Source: a virus | Direction: 5' to 3' (one strand) | Virus record (IMG/VR): IMGVR_UViG_3300024346_007254 | Location: 1-64,000 of that record | Length of the DNA stretch: 64,000 bases | In this document: positions 19,610 through 28,894 of the stretch, piece after piece | How the letters are laid out: each line of letters starts with the position of its first letter | Numbering within the stretch: position 1 is the stretch's first letter | The notes under the pieces: generated by a model | Databases searched by the model: none | What the model saw: the letters and a program-made list of their open reading frames with translations, nothing else | What the model was told of the DNA's origin: nothing | Translations under genes and position numbers: made by a program

Positions 19610-20305
19610 ATGAACATAGATTTTGAATACTACTATAATAATGTGCCCAGCAAGGGTCTCTGCCGTAACAATTTAATTTACACAAGCTTAATGTCTAAAA
19701 ACCAAGATGTATTTTGTCAATGGTACTATAATGATGAAAAATATCACGGGGGACAAAACGAAGTTGTTGACATTGCACTAATGGGTGATAAATGGCGAAG
19801 AGAAATGCATTACTATTATACATTTCAAAGAACTCATAAAGAGCATGTCTTAGACATTTTAGATCTTGACTATATTACAAGAAAAGCGTATTATAAAATA
19901 CAAGGTCCGGACTTTTGGGAGTTATCCAGATGTGACTCTAAAAACTTTGATAGCGTACTTCCAGACTGGCGTGATCAGATGCACAAAATACTGTTTGACT
20001 TACGCAAAGAAAAACTATGGAAGTTTAGCTTACATCCTAGTAGCTATTTCATTGTTGACGGAAAACTAAAGACTACAAACTTTTTCTTTTGTTATAATGA
20101 CAAAGAATACGGTTTTGCAGTATCGGATATACTAAGTCATATTAGTCAAGATCGAAGAAAGCACTTATATCCAACAATGGAAAAACACAATATTATTGTA
20201 GACGAAATTGCTCCATTTAAAAAGCTAAGTCTGTTAGCTTTAGATAGTTTTAGTGATTGCTACGATCAAGAGTTTATTAATAAGGCAAAACAATATTATG
20301 TATAA
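19610..20305 (+). CDS. Putative degenerate kinase/phosphotransferase-fold protein
   Basis: WRREMHY, SLHPSSYF..DGKLKTTNFF. Similar layout to 22591-23268. Canonical catalytic residues not evident. Confidence 0.4.
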   Translation: MNIDFEYYYNNVPSKGLCRNNLIYTSLMSKNQDVFCQWYYNDEKYHGGQNEVVDIALMGDKWRREMHYYYTFQRTHKEHVLDILDLDYITRKAYYKIQGPDFWELSRCDSKNFDSVLPDWRDQMHKILFDLRKEKLWKFSLHPSSYFIVDGKLKTTNFFFCYNDKEYGFAVSDILSHISQDRRKHLYPTMEKHNIIVDEIAPFKKLSLLALDSFSDCYDQEFINKAKQYYV

Positions 20306-20909
20306 AGTTGAGGAATACAATGATAGCTTAGATCTAAGTGATTTTTACAAACTTGCTGACGAAAAAGGATATCATAATAATTCAAGTAAAGAAATACTAG
20401 TAGATACCTTCAAGCATTATGACAGATGGGCTACGTGGTTTCTTTCGACTAACAATCAATTTGTAGGAAGTGTTAGCGCACATAGTCTCGAAGAACTTGG
20501 CATATTAGGTGATTCCTTTAGGATGGCTGCACGAACTTGTGTGTTAGCAGATCTTACAGAACGGCCAAAGCACATGAGATCAACAAATACTATTTTTAAA
20601 CAACATCAACACTTAACAGCACAAGTATTCTATCCACTGTGCATCGAATGGGCAGGACGTGATAAAGATCTCTATATTAGCACAAACGAAAACGAAAGCG
20701 GCAAGCAACGTGCTGTACACCGAATTTATTGTCCTACTTTGCAAGACACTGGAGTTCTCGAAGAACCGATTGAGCTCGAATTTCGATTGAGCATACAAAG
20801 CTTTTGGAAATTTAACGTTGAGACATTTTACGAGCAACTAAATCGAAATTGGTGGCCGGCTGCAAAGAAGGCAGTTGAAGATTGTTTAGGAAAAGAAATT
20901 AAGATATGA
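20298..20909 (+). CDS. Putative GNAT-fold acyltransferase
   Basis: FVGSVSAH..RMAARTCV..LYISTN pattern. Start overlaps the upstream gene end. Confidence 0.4.
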   Translation: MYKVEEYNDSLDLSDFYKLADEKGYHNNSSKEILVDTFKHYDRWATWFLSTNNQFVGSVSAHSLEELGILGDSFRMAARTCVLADLTERPKHMRSTNTIFKQHQHLTAQVFYPLCIEWAGRDKDLYISTNENESGKQRAVHRIYCPTLQDTGVLEEPIELEFRLSIQSFWKFNVETFYEQLNRNWWPAAKKAVEDCLGKEIKI

Positions 20910-21568
20910 ATGATAAGCTAGTACTCGGAATGCCTCACTTATTAAGTAATTTTGATCTTAATTTAAATCATATTGCTAAGATATTTGGCGACAATCACTG
21001 GCATTATATGTCAGACCGTCCGAGCGACAGTTACATTAACAATAATAGAATTTATCAAAGCTTTTTAAGAATCGATTTTTCTATAAAAGATAATTTCAAC
21101 GAGGATGACGAATTTGATGTAAATATAGTCGGAGACTATGTTGATGACTATATCTTTCGTACTAATCACACTTTCGGCAATAATTCTATCTCTATGTACA
21201 CTATTGGTATCTATATGGAGAATGAAAAAATACAAAAGGCAAGACGCCTGGGTAAGAAGGATCAGGCGTTTTGGTTAAGTCATAAGGCGAAAAAAAAGAA
21301 CACACGTACTGTGTTAGAACCTGTAGACTTTCCAACTTACTATAATATCGATTTCAACTGTGCAAAAATACTCTATTGCGCAAACTATCTAAAATTTATA
21401 TACCAATATTGTGATGTAAAAGATATTGATCCAATTATTACTCGAATTGATTATTTTGGAAATATCTCCCCAAAAGCTGTATTGACTGTCGGTAAAAGCA
21501 ACAACGATTTTGTTATACTCGAAAATGACAGACTTATAGCAAGTGTAGAATACCTACCAAAGGTTTAA
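20906..21568 (+). CDS. LnmK/Pnap_2097-like double-hotdog biosynthetic protein
   Basis: LGMPHL..FGDNHW at the N-terminus, DFNCAKILYCANY, RIDYFGNI. Matches remembered family motifs, not searched. Confidence 0.55.
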   Translation: MNDKLVLGMPHLLSNFDLNLNHIAKIFGDNHWHYMSDRPSDSYINNNRIYQSFLRIDFSIKDNFNEDDEFDVNIVGDYVDDYIFRTNHTFGNNSISMYTIGIYMENEKIQKARRLGKKDQAFWLSHKAKKKNTRTVLEPVDFPTYYNIDFNCAKILYCANYLKFIYQYCDVKDIDPIITRIDYFGNISPKAVLTVGKSNNDFVILENDRLIASVEYLPKV

Positions 21569-22087
21569 AAGATACTTTGGTTGTAGTCCACAATTTGATC
21601 CGGCATGCCAAAGTTTGCGACTGCTCCACATATAAGTAGAACCTTGCGGTCTATTATAAAATGCTTCATCGCCTGCAATAAAGATATGCCCAACTGCGGG
21701 CTGTCCTATGTGGCAATGATAGCGTACACAATCATCTAAGACGTCATCCTTGTCATTAACGTCCCAGTGTACTGGAGCATAATTTCCAACGTGTATGCAG
21801 CTAATCCAAGCTGTGTGATAATTTTCAATCTCAAAAAAATCAACAAACTTCTTGATTACCAATTCGTCAAACTGTTGACCCGGAAAATACATATCCCATC
21901 CAAGTGTTCCGCCGTCTGCAATAGGTTTGTAATTTCCTTTTTCCCACAATTTAGTAACTTCGTTAACGCCATCTAGCTTGTCGCCTTTTTTGTGACGTGG
22001 TCCGACATAAGCAGGCTCAGTGTTATCTAAATCTGCAATAACTGCATCCCAATTTAAATTTGAACAATTTCCAATAAAATTAATCAT
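21554..22087 (-). CDS. 2OG-Fe(II) oxygenase
   Basis: APVHWD...GHIF...WHAGSN. Paralogue of 17279 and 22080. Confidence 0.75.
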   Translation of the reverse strand: MINFIGNCSNLNWDAVIADLDNTEPAYVGPRHKKGDKLDGVNEVTKLWEKGNYKPIADGGTLGWDMYFPGQQFDELVIKKFVDFFEIENYHTAWISCIHVGNYAPVHWDVNDKDDVLDDCVRYHCHIGQPAVGHIFIAGDEAFYNRPQGSTYMWSSRKLWHAGSNCGLQPKYLLNLW

Positions 22088-22598
22088 TTGGTTTTCCTAA
22101 AAAATGCATCATGTAAAATGGATCAGATCCGCTGTTTGATTTAGCATGATAGCTATTCCAATTGTCCCATTTAATTATTGTTCCTTGTTCTTGATTGTAA
22201 TAACATTTGTCCTCAACGAGGAACACATGTCCAAATCTAAACTTTCGTCGGTCAAGAAAACAACTCCACCTTACTAGCTCACCATCGGCTAGCCATTCGT
22301 CGGTGCGATCATTAACGTCCCAATGCCACGGCGCAGTTTTTCCAGGCATAAGTTTACTAACCCATGCATACCGAGGGGTAGCGTTTACTTCTCTTGCAAA
22401 CCAATCTACAAAAAGTTTGTCTGGATAATAATTAATCCACTCAACATTTGTTAAATCATAACCTGCTGTTTTCCAGGTATCTAGTATTTCCGTATACGGA
22501 TCAGTTGGACCTGTTGCTCGTTTAAGAATGCCTGTAGCATTATTTGCAATTCCGTTAGTGCAACTTAGCATAATACTATTACAAGCAATTTTATTCAT
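22080..22598 (-). CDS. 2OG-Fe(II) oxygenase
   Basis: APWHWD...GHVF...YHAKSN. Start at 22598 inferred from the short overlap with the upstream gene. Confidence 0.7.
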   Translation of the reverse strand: MNKIACNSIMLSCTNGIANNATGILKRATGPTDPYTEILDTWKTAGYDLTNVEWINYYPDKLFVDWFAREVNATPRYAWVSKLMPGKTAPWHWDVNDRTDEWLADGELVRWSCFLDRRKFRFGHVFLVEDKCYYNQEQGTIIKWDNWNSYHAKSNSGSDPFYMMHFLGKPND

Positions 22599-23268
22599 TA
22601 AACAGTTCCTTATATACTCCAAGCAAGGAGTTGTTGCCCCAATTAGTAATTCTTAATGTATGTTTGAATAATACTTCGAGATCTAGCATATCGTCTTTGA
22701 CAAATCCAGGAATTTTTAATTTGTCTTTGTTATTCATGTTTAGGATAACGTCTAGATTCCTTTTTTCAGTAACAGGATTAGCTATTTCTGTTGTTCCGTA
22801 CCAATCAAATGTTCTCATATTGTCGTTGTTGTCAACATAGTGACAGTGAGGATACATTGTTATTTTGTAATAACCAAATTTGTGCTGATCTAAAATAATA
22901 GACTTTATCTTATCGCCCCACGAGTTTGGGTGATGATTGCAGCCATAGATATGTTGATTACAACTTAGTTCGTACCATTTAATATATACTCGTTTTTTCT
23001 TATAGTCAATCTCTATTATTTCAGGAGCATAGGGTTTGTCTTTAAAAATATTTAAATATTTTAGTTCTCTTTCAAAGAAATAATCAGCTGCTTCTTTTGT
23101 ATAATCAAGGCGCACATGATCTCGACGTTGATATTTGTTTCGCCAATCAAAGTTTAAGCAAAACGTTTTGCCATCTCGACTGATTAACGGTTCGTAAGAC
23201 TGTTGTGCCATACCTAATGTTCCATCAGGAGTATACTTAAGGTAAGGGTGCCAGTCATTAATATTCAT
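22591..23268 (-). CDS. Putative kinase/phosphotransferase-fold protein
   Basis: FERELKYL..PYAPEIIEID, MYPHCHY..MRTFDWYG (DFG-like). Confidence 0.45.
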   Translation of the reverse strand: MNINDWHPYLKYTPDGTLGMAQQSYEPLISRDGKTFCLNFDWRNKYQRRDHVRLDYTKEAADYFFERELKYLNIFKDKPYAPEIIEIDYKKKRVYIKWYELSCNQHIYGCNHHPNSWGDKIKSIILDQHKFGYYKITMYPHCHYVDNNDNMRTFDWYGTTEIANPVTEKRNLDVILNMNNKDKLKIPGFVKDDMLDLEVLFKHTLRITNWGNNSLLGVYKELFNE

Positions 23269-23911
23269 AAGAAAATTCCTTTGGTAGAAGATTCTTTAAT
23301 ACCGGAACATATGCCTCTTCGATATCAAACTTTACGCTTGTTTGTCCTTGTTTAAAATTTGTAATAATTCCAGATTTATTTGCAATGTTTAACCACGGGC
23401 TTAAAGTGTTGTCAAATTTAAAACGTGGATTCTTGCCACGAGCAGTTATAAGCACAGTTACAGGCGATGAAATTTTATTATTAATTAAAAGTTTTCTTAC
23501 AACAAGTTGCTTTCGGTCATATTCGCCAAAATTAACTGCAGAATGGCGAGGACTTGCATCCATGTCATACCAAATTCCATCTGGTTTCAAAAAGAAATTT
23601 TGATTATTATCTAAGTTTACTAATGCTGCACAATCGCCCGAAAGGTTTAAATGATACCTGTCATCAATGTCACTGTGTGAATAGTAGCACGAACCACTCT
23701 TAAGTGTAATGATTCTTGCTTCTCCTGTGTTAGGTGGAAGTACAGACAGCACTTCTTCTATTGCAGTACCTTTATATTCATCTAGTATAACCCAGGGATC
23801 ATAAAAGAAATCGCCAGTGGGTTTATTTAATATTAATTTGTCAGAATTACCAAAAGTACTACAATCGTGTAGTAAACTTAGATTGACTTTATGCCTAGTT
23901 TCGTGTATCAT
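23258..23911 (-). CDS. 2OG-Fe(II) oxygenase (Asp/Asn beta-hydroxylase-like)
   Basis: YSHSD..RYHL..RHSAVN..RKQL. Start at the ATG at 23911. Confidence 0.75.
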   Translation of the reverse strand: MIHETRHKVNLSLLHDCSTFGNSDKLILNKPTGDFFYDPWVILDEYKGTAIEEVLSVLPPNTGEARIITLKSGSCYYSHSDIDDRYHLNLSGDCAALVNLDNNQNFFLKPDGIWYDMDASPRHSAVNFGEYDRKQLVVRKLLINNKISSPVTVLITARGKNPRFKFDNTLSPWLNIANKSGIITNFKQGQTSVKFDIEEAYVPVLKNLLPKEFSYEY

Positions 23912-23916
23912 GTTTA

Positions 23917-23946
23917 TATTTATATGCTCAGTTTTTAGGTTAAATA
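23917..23946. promoter_or_regulatory. Divergent pair of late-promoter-like motifs
   Basis: TATAAATA on minus (23924-23917), 5 nt from ATG 23911. GTTAAATA on plus (23939-23946), 5 nt from ATG 23952. Confidence 0.65.
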
Positions 23947-23951
23947 AAAGT

Positions 23952-24647
23952 ATGATAGTTGACAAATTAGACATCCCACTTGACAAAAGGTGGAGGCGCA
24001 TCGGTATTAGTTTAAGTGGCGGCGCAGATAGTGCATTGCTTGCATACCTAATCTTAAAGAACACTAACGCAAGCATATTCTTTACAACACAAATACGTAT
24101 GTGGAAAACTCGGCCTTGGCAGCGTTATGTTGCAAAGGATGTAGTAAGCTGGTTTAGAGAACACTTTAATAATACCATTGAACACGTCGAAAACTTTATT
24201 CCGCCGGAATTAGAAGAGCCAACAAGCCCTCTTATTACAGACGAGTACGGCAAGCAAAAACCTGGGAATAGAATTATACTAAGGGCGCACAATGAATTTG
24301 TAGCGCATACTTACAAACTCGACGCTTGGTATGCAGGAGTTAATTTAAATCCAACAGAGAAGTTTGATGGTGCGCCGCCCGACAGAGACCAAAGCTTCAT
24401 TCCACTAAATCTTTCGCATATGGGGGTACAAGTACTGCACCCATTTGTTAACACCAGGAAAGACTGGATTATACGCCAGTACATAAATCTCGGAATTGGC
24501 GACTTACTTGAAATTACACGAAGTTGCGAGGGTGAATTTAAAAACTTAGACTACACCAATTACACTCCGTACCAACAAGTTCCAATTTGCAAAACATGCT
24601 TCTGGTGTAACGAAAGAGAATGGGGTGTGCATAATGCATTCAAGTAA
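23952..24647 (+). CDS. QueC-like PP-loop ATPase
   Basis: LSGGADSA, RMWKTRPWQ, TRSCEG...CKTCFWCNER. Start aligned with the paralogues. Confidence 0.8.
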   Translation: MIVDKLDIPLDKRWRRIGISLSGGADSALLAYLILKNTNASIFFTTQIRMWKTRPWQRYVAKDVVSWFREHFNNTIEHVENFIPPELEEPTSPLITDEYGKQKPGNRIILRAHNEFVAHTYKLDAWYAGVNLNPTEKFDGAPPDRDQSFIPLNLSHMGVQVLHPFVNTRKDWIIRQYINLGIGDLLEITRSCEGEFKNLDYTNYTPYQQVPICKTCFWCNEREWGVHNAFK

Positions 24648-25899
24648 AACTTTCTGTATGCATCCGTTTACAGGATTGGCTACAAGAGAAGATGGCGCTA
24701 TTAAAGTTTGCTGTCGCAGTCATTCTGTAGGCTGGATACAAAACGAAACACTCGAAGAGGCGTGGAATAATGACGCCATGCGTACTATACGACGTCAAGT
24801 GCTTAACAACGAACGCCCAGAAGCTTGCATTCCATGTTTTAATTTAGAAGACCAGGGTGTAGAGAGTTTGCGACAAAGACACATACGCGATAGTTTTCCT
24901 GATTCGCGGATCAATTTATATCCAAATGCACTTGACAGTTTAAACGATGATTACAGTATGCCGTTTGAAATGCCTACTATTGAGATTAAAATAAACAATC
25001 TGTGTAATCTAAAATGTCGTATGTGTAATCCTCTAGATAGTACACAATGGAAGGACTGGCTCGAAGTTGAAGAGTTTTACAAAGCAGAGGACAACTACTT
25101 AGTTGATGCTGTGCGCAACTTAGGATTAACAAAAGCACCGTATGTAGGATTGTTTGAAGGACGTGATGACTTTTGGGAGAACCTAGAAAAGCTATTGCCA
25201 TATTTTAGACGTGTAGAGTTTGCAGGCGGCGAGCCATTAATGGATCCTAATCATTACAAAATATTAGACCTGCTTGCTAAGAACGGTGAAAATATAGAAC
25301 TAAAATATGCAACAAACGGAACAGTAACAGGAATTAAGGGCGGACGCACCATTCACGACTATTGGCCGAAGTTTAAGAGCATAGTTGTTAATGTAAGCAT
25401 TGACGGGTTACACGATGTTTATGAATATATTAGAGGCAACGGTAAGTTTGAGGACGTAGAAAAAAATGTTAAAGTATTTAAAAGTTTTCCAAACGTAAAA
25501 TACGTAGTCGGTGCGTGTACTGTGCAAGTCGGAAACATAATGCAATTACATGAAATTATTCCATACTTTTTAAATACAATGGGTATTGTGTTTTATAGTC
25601 ATCGTGTAAACTATCCTAATGTTCTTAGCGCACAATGCATTCCAGCAAAGTTAAAACTCAAAGCAATCCGAAGCCTCGAAATGCTTAAAGCAGAGGTAGG
25701 CGATTATCCTATAATGAATACACACAAAGATCTACTTCCAACAACATTGCGCGGCATTGAAGATAACATTAACTTTTTAGAAAGTAGAGATCTTAGCGAT
25801 AAATGGGCTGACACTCTCAAGTTCAACCAGCGTCTTGATAAAACTCGTAACCAAGGGCCGATGGAAAATATTATAAAGGATTTCAGACCTTATGTATAA
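24634..25899 (+). CDS. Radical SAM protein, type C
   Basis: FCMHPF..VCC..CIPCFNLE, CNLKCRMC, AGGEP. Confidence 0.9.
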   Translation: MHSSKTFCMHPFTGLATREDGAIKVCCRSHSVGWIQNETLEEAWNNDAMRTIRRQVLNNERPEACIPCFNLEDQGVESLRQRHIRDSFPDSRINLYPNALDSLNDDYSMPFEMPTIEIKINNLCNLKCRMCNPLDSTQWKDWLEVEEFYKAEDNYLVDAVRNLGLTKAPYVGLFEGRDDFWENLEKLLPYFRRVEFAGGEPLMDPNHYKILDLLAKNGENIELKYATNGTVTGIKGGRTIHDYWPKFKSIVVNVSIDGLHDVYEYIRGNGKFEDVEKNVKVFKSFPNVKYVVGACTVQVGNIMQLHEIIPYFLNTMGIVFYSHRVNYPNVLSAQCIPAKLKLKAIRSLEMLKAEVGDYPIMNTHKDLLPTTLRGIEDNINFLESRDLSDKWADTLKFNQRLDKTRNQGPMENIIKDFRPYV

Positions 25900-26797
25900 A
25901 GTCGAAAATCGATGGCCGCATTATTACGATAGCTGTAAGATAGAATGGAATCTTGGGAAGCGTTGCAATCTTGATTGTACGTATTGCCCGTCCGAAATCC
26001 ATGACTATACTAGTCCTCACACAGATATTAATATTTTAAAGAAAACAATTGATGTTATTAGCACAATTCCAAATGCTAGGGTTAGTTTAACCGGCGGTGA
26101 GCCATGTGTACATCCTAAAATCTTAGAGTTGCTTTATTACCTTAGAAAAAAAGTCGGATGGATTAATTTAACAACTAATGCTACTCGGAGTCATGAATTT
26201 TATTTAGAATTACCAGTTGACCATATTGTTTTTAGTTTGCACTTTGAACATCCAAAATGGGAAACTCGATTAAACAACATTATTAAATTTGTTAGAGATA
26301 ACAGAAATTCAACAGATGCGCCAAACATAAAATACCACATAAACATTATGGCGCATCACGATTACATGAGTCGTGCTAGGAATGCAGTCGAAACCCTTAG
26401 TTTCTTTAAAGCAAATTATACAGTGCGCAGAATACGCTGGACTGAAAAGCATGACTGGTTTGATGATTTAAAATACAAGCCAGAAGATTTACAATGGCTA
26501 ATTGATACAGAAACTACCGCTGATTTTAATACATTAATCGATAGCAGAACTTTAACTCATACAAACGATTTACTTAAAGAAAACAAAAATAAGTTCGAAG
26601 GGTGGTCTTGTCGTGCAGGTATAGAAAGCCTAATGATAAATTGGGACGGCGATGTTCATCGTGCTACTTGCAGAGTAGGCGGCAGTTTAGGGAATATATA
26701 CAACGGAACATTTGACATTCCAACAGAACCGATTACATGCACCAGAAAATGGTGTACATGTGCAGCAGATGTGAATATTACAAAATGGAAAAAGTAA
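25892..26797 (+). CDS. Radical SAM protein, type A
   Basis: WNLGKRCNLDCTYC, TGGEP, WSCRAG..ATC..CTRKWCTCAAD. Confidence 0.9.
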   Translation: MYKVENRWPHYYDSCKIEWNLGKRCNLDCTYCPSEIHDYTSPHTDINILKKTIDVISTIPNARVSLTGGEPCVHPKILELLYYLRKKVGWINLTTNATRSHEFYLELPVDHIVFSLHFEHPKWETRLNNIIKFVRDNRNSTDAPNIKYHINIMAHHDYMSRARNAVETLSFFKANYTVRRIRWTEKHDWFDDLKYKPEDLQWLIDTETTADFNTLIDSRTLTHTNDLLKENKNKFEGWSCRAGIESLMINWDGDVHRATCRVGGSLGNIYNGTFDIPTEPITCTRKWCTCAADVNITKWKK

Positions 26798-27861
26798 CAG
26801 CAATTGACTTAGTAAAGCCCGAACCATTTATGGTTACGTGGGACATTGGCAGGCGTTGCAACTTTGATTGTACGTATTGTGAAAGTACTCGACACAATAC
26901 CTACAGTCCACCGACTGTTTATAGAGAGCTAGTGGATACATTTGATTTTATTAAAACGTACACTGAGCTATATAATAGAGATTCAGTTAACCTTAACTTT
27001 ACAGGTGGCGAGCCAACAGTGAATCCAAACTTTTGGAATTTAGTTAACCATATAAAAAACCATACTAACTTCGGAGTTGGACTAACTACAAACGGAACGT
27101 GGGATCCTAAGCGTACTGATTTTATTTTAGAGAACATGAACGGAGTTACAATTAGCTGGCATGCCGAAGCACATGAGCAATTACGCGAGCGAGCAATAGA
27201 TAACGCCATAGCACTGCACACAAGCGGGCTGTGGGCTACGGTCAATGTAATGATGCATGCCGACCACTGGGATACTGCGGTAGACGCCTACAACCGCTTA
27301 AAAGCTGCTGGAGTAACAGCTAATCCTGTTCCACTAGGTGACGGTAACATTGGAAATACTAACTGGTTTAAAGATACCGAAGGAGTGTTACGTCGTACTA
27401 GCCATGAATATACAAAAGAACAGATAAGTTGGTTTTGGAACGAAAAAGGCATCTCTAAAGAAGTAGGTGATCAGATATTAGCCGGTAACGAAATGGGAAG
27501 AAGTTGCTGCGGCAATAGATGCTTAAAAGGCAAGATCAATAGCTGGAAACCTGTAGAGCACGTAGACAATCATTTTAAAGATTGGCTTTGTACTGTTAAC
27601 TGGTATTTTATGCATATTGACCAACACACTAAAGATGTGTTCCATCATCAAACATGCCAGGCAACATTTAAACAGACACGTGGACCAATTGGATCTTTAA
27701 AGCGTAAAGATTTAATTTTTGATAACGTTAAAAGATACATGCAATCACCAACGCCTATTGTGTGTCCTAACATGCGCTGCGGGTGCGGAATGTGTGTTCC
27801 TAAAGCAAAAGATCAAATCGATTTTGATCCTATGTGGAAGTTAGTGACTGGTAATCAGTAA
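26785..27861 (+). CDS. Radical SAM protein, type A with extended Cys-rich C-terminus
   Basis: WDIGRRCNFDCTYC, TGGEPT, SCCG, HHQTC, CPNMRCGCGMC. Close paralogue of 3450-4703. Confidence 0.9.
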   Translation: MEKVTAIDLVKPEPFMVTWDIGRRCNFDCTYCESTRHNTYSPPTVYRELVDTFDFIKTYTELYNRDSVNLNFTGGEPTVNPNFWNLVNHIKNHTNFGVGLTTNGTWDPKRTDFILENMNGVTISWHAEAHEQLRERAIDNAIALHTSGLWATVNVMMHADHWDTAVDAYNRLKAAGVTANPVPLGDGNIGNTNWFKDTEGVLRRTSHEYTKEQISWFWNEKGISKEVGDQILAGNEMGRSCCGNRCLKGKINSWKPVEHVDNHFKDWLCTVNWYFMHIDQHTKDVFHHQTCQATFKQTRGPIGSLKRKDLIFDNVKRYMQSPTPIVCPNMRCGCGMCVPKAKDQIDFDPMWKLVTGNQ

Positions 27862-28894
27862 AGTTATCAGTTGGACTAGCTAGTATCTTTCCACAGGTTC
27901 TACTACAAGTCCAAAGCTTCTTTGTGTTCCAGTAATATTCCCAAACACTTTGAAAGCTGTCTTTTTCTAATACCGTTTCAATCCCTTGCAATGCATTAGT
28001 ATCACCAAGTTTTTCAACAAGTTCTGCGTATTGTTTTTTAATTACTCTATTAGCTTGTGATAAGTTATCTTCTTTGCGATAATATTCATACGGAATAACA
28101 GCAAGAAAGCAACAAGGCAATATTGTTTTGTGTGCATCAATATAAATCTCATTTGCATGTTGTGCCTGGCATGAAATATTAGAAGAATTAACTACTTCCT
28201 CAATTTTAGTTAAGTCAGTTGCATCAAAAAACTCAATGCTTGCAGCAGGGGCTTTTTCTAAGTTATATAAGACATTTTCATTTTTGTCTAGTACAGGAAA
28301 TACAGGTTCAAATACAAATCTACTGCTATCCTTTACACTAAAATTTTTGAATCCTAAGTTTTGTGCAGTTTGTTTAGCTGCGTAAACTTGATGCGCATTG
28401 TGTTTAAATCTAATAAAGGACCAATCGGCATTTCCACCTGCATCAATAAATGCTTTAGCGTTGTCTAATATTTTTTGATAATCAGTGCCGCGGCGGTAAA
28501 TTGCATGGGTATCAGCAAGGCCGTCGATTGCAAAAACAACACGATGTTGTGGCGGCATAATCTTTGCTAAGTTTGCCCAATATTCAACTGATCGAAGACT
28601 TCCGTTTGTATGCACGTCAACAAAAATATCAAAATGGTTTAATGATTCAACCATTAAATGAAAATCTTGATTAAGCAATGGGTCGCCGTAATTGCCACAA
28701 AACATTATCTTGCTTAATTGTGCTTTTAAATCATCGTTAACAATTTGATTAAATTCATTTAACGTCCAATCCGATATCTTTAAATACGGGTTGTCTATTT
28801 CGCCACGATAGTTCCTACTACACATAGGACATGCTGCTTGACATCTATTTGTTATTTCAAGATGTAAATTTTTTAATTTGGAATATTTAAACAT
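27830..28894 (-). CDS. Radical SAM protein, type B
   Basis: HLEITNRCQAACPMC, FCGNYGDP, LPCCF, CSRTC. Confidence 0.9.
   Translation of the reverse strand: MFKYSKLKNLHLEITNRCQAACPMCSRNYRGEIDNPYLKISDWTLNEFNQIVNDDLKAQLSKIMFCGNYGDPLLNQDFHLMVESLNHFDIFVDVHTNGSLRSVEYWANLAKIMPPQHRVVFAIDGLADTHAIYRRGTDYQKILDNAKAFIDAGGNADWSFIRFKHNAHQVYAAKQTAQNLGFKNFSVKDSSRFVFEPVFPVLDKNENVLYNLEKAPAASIEFFDATDLTKIEEVVNSSNISCQAQHANEIYIDAHKTILPCCFLAVIPYEYYRKEDNLSQANRVIKKQYAELVEKLGDTNALQGIETVLEKDSFQSVWEYYWNTKKLWTCSRTCGKILASPTDNFTDYQSLTST

Noticed and set aside
4700-24647. Calling the PP-loop genes queC and a radical SAM gene queE (7-deazaguanine DNA modification)
   Set aside because: No folE, queD or dpdA is recognisable in the window, there are three divergent copies, and no rSAM has a clear QueE signature
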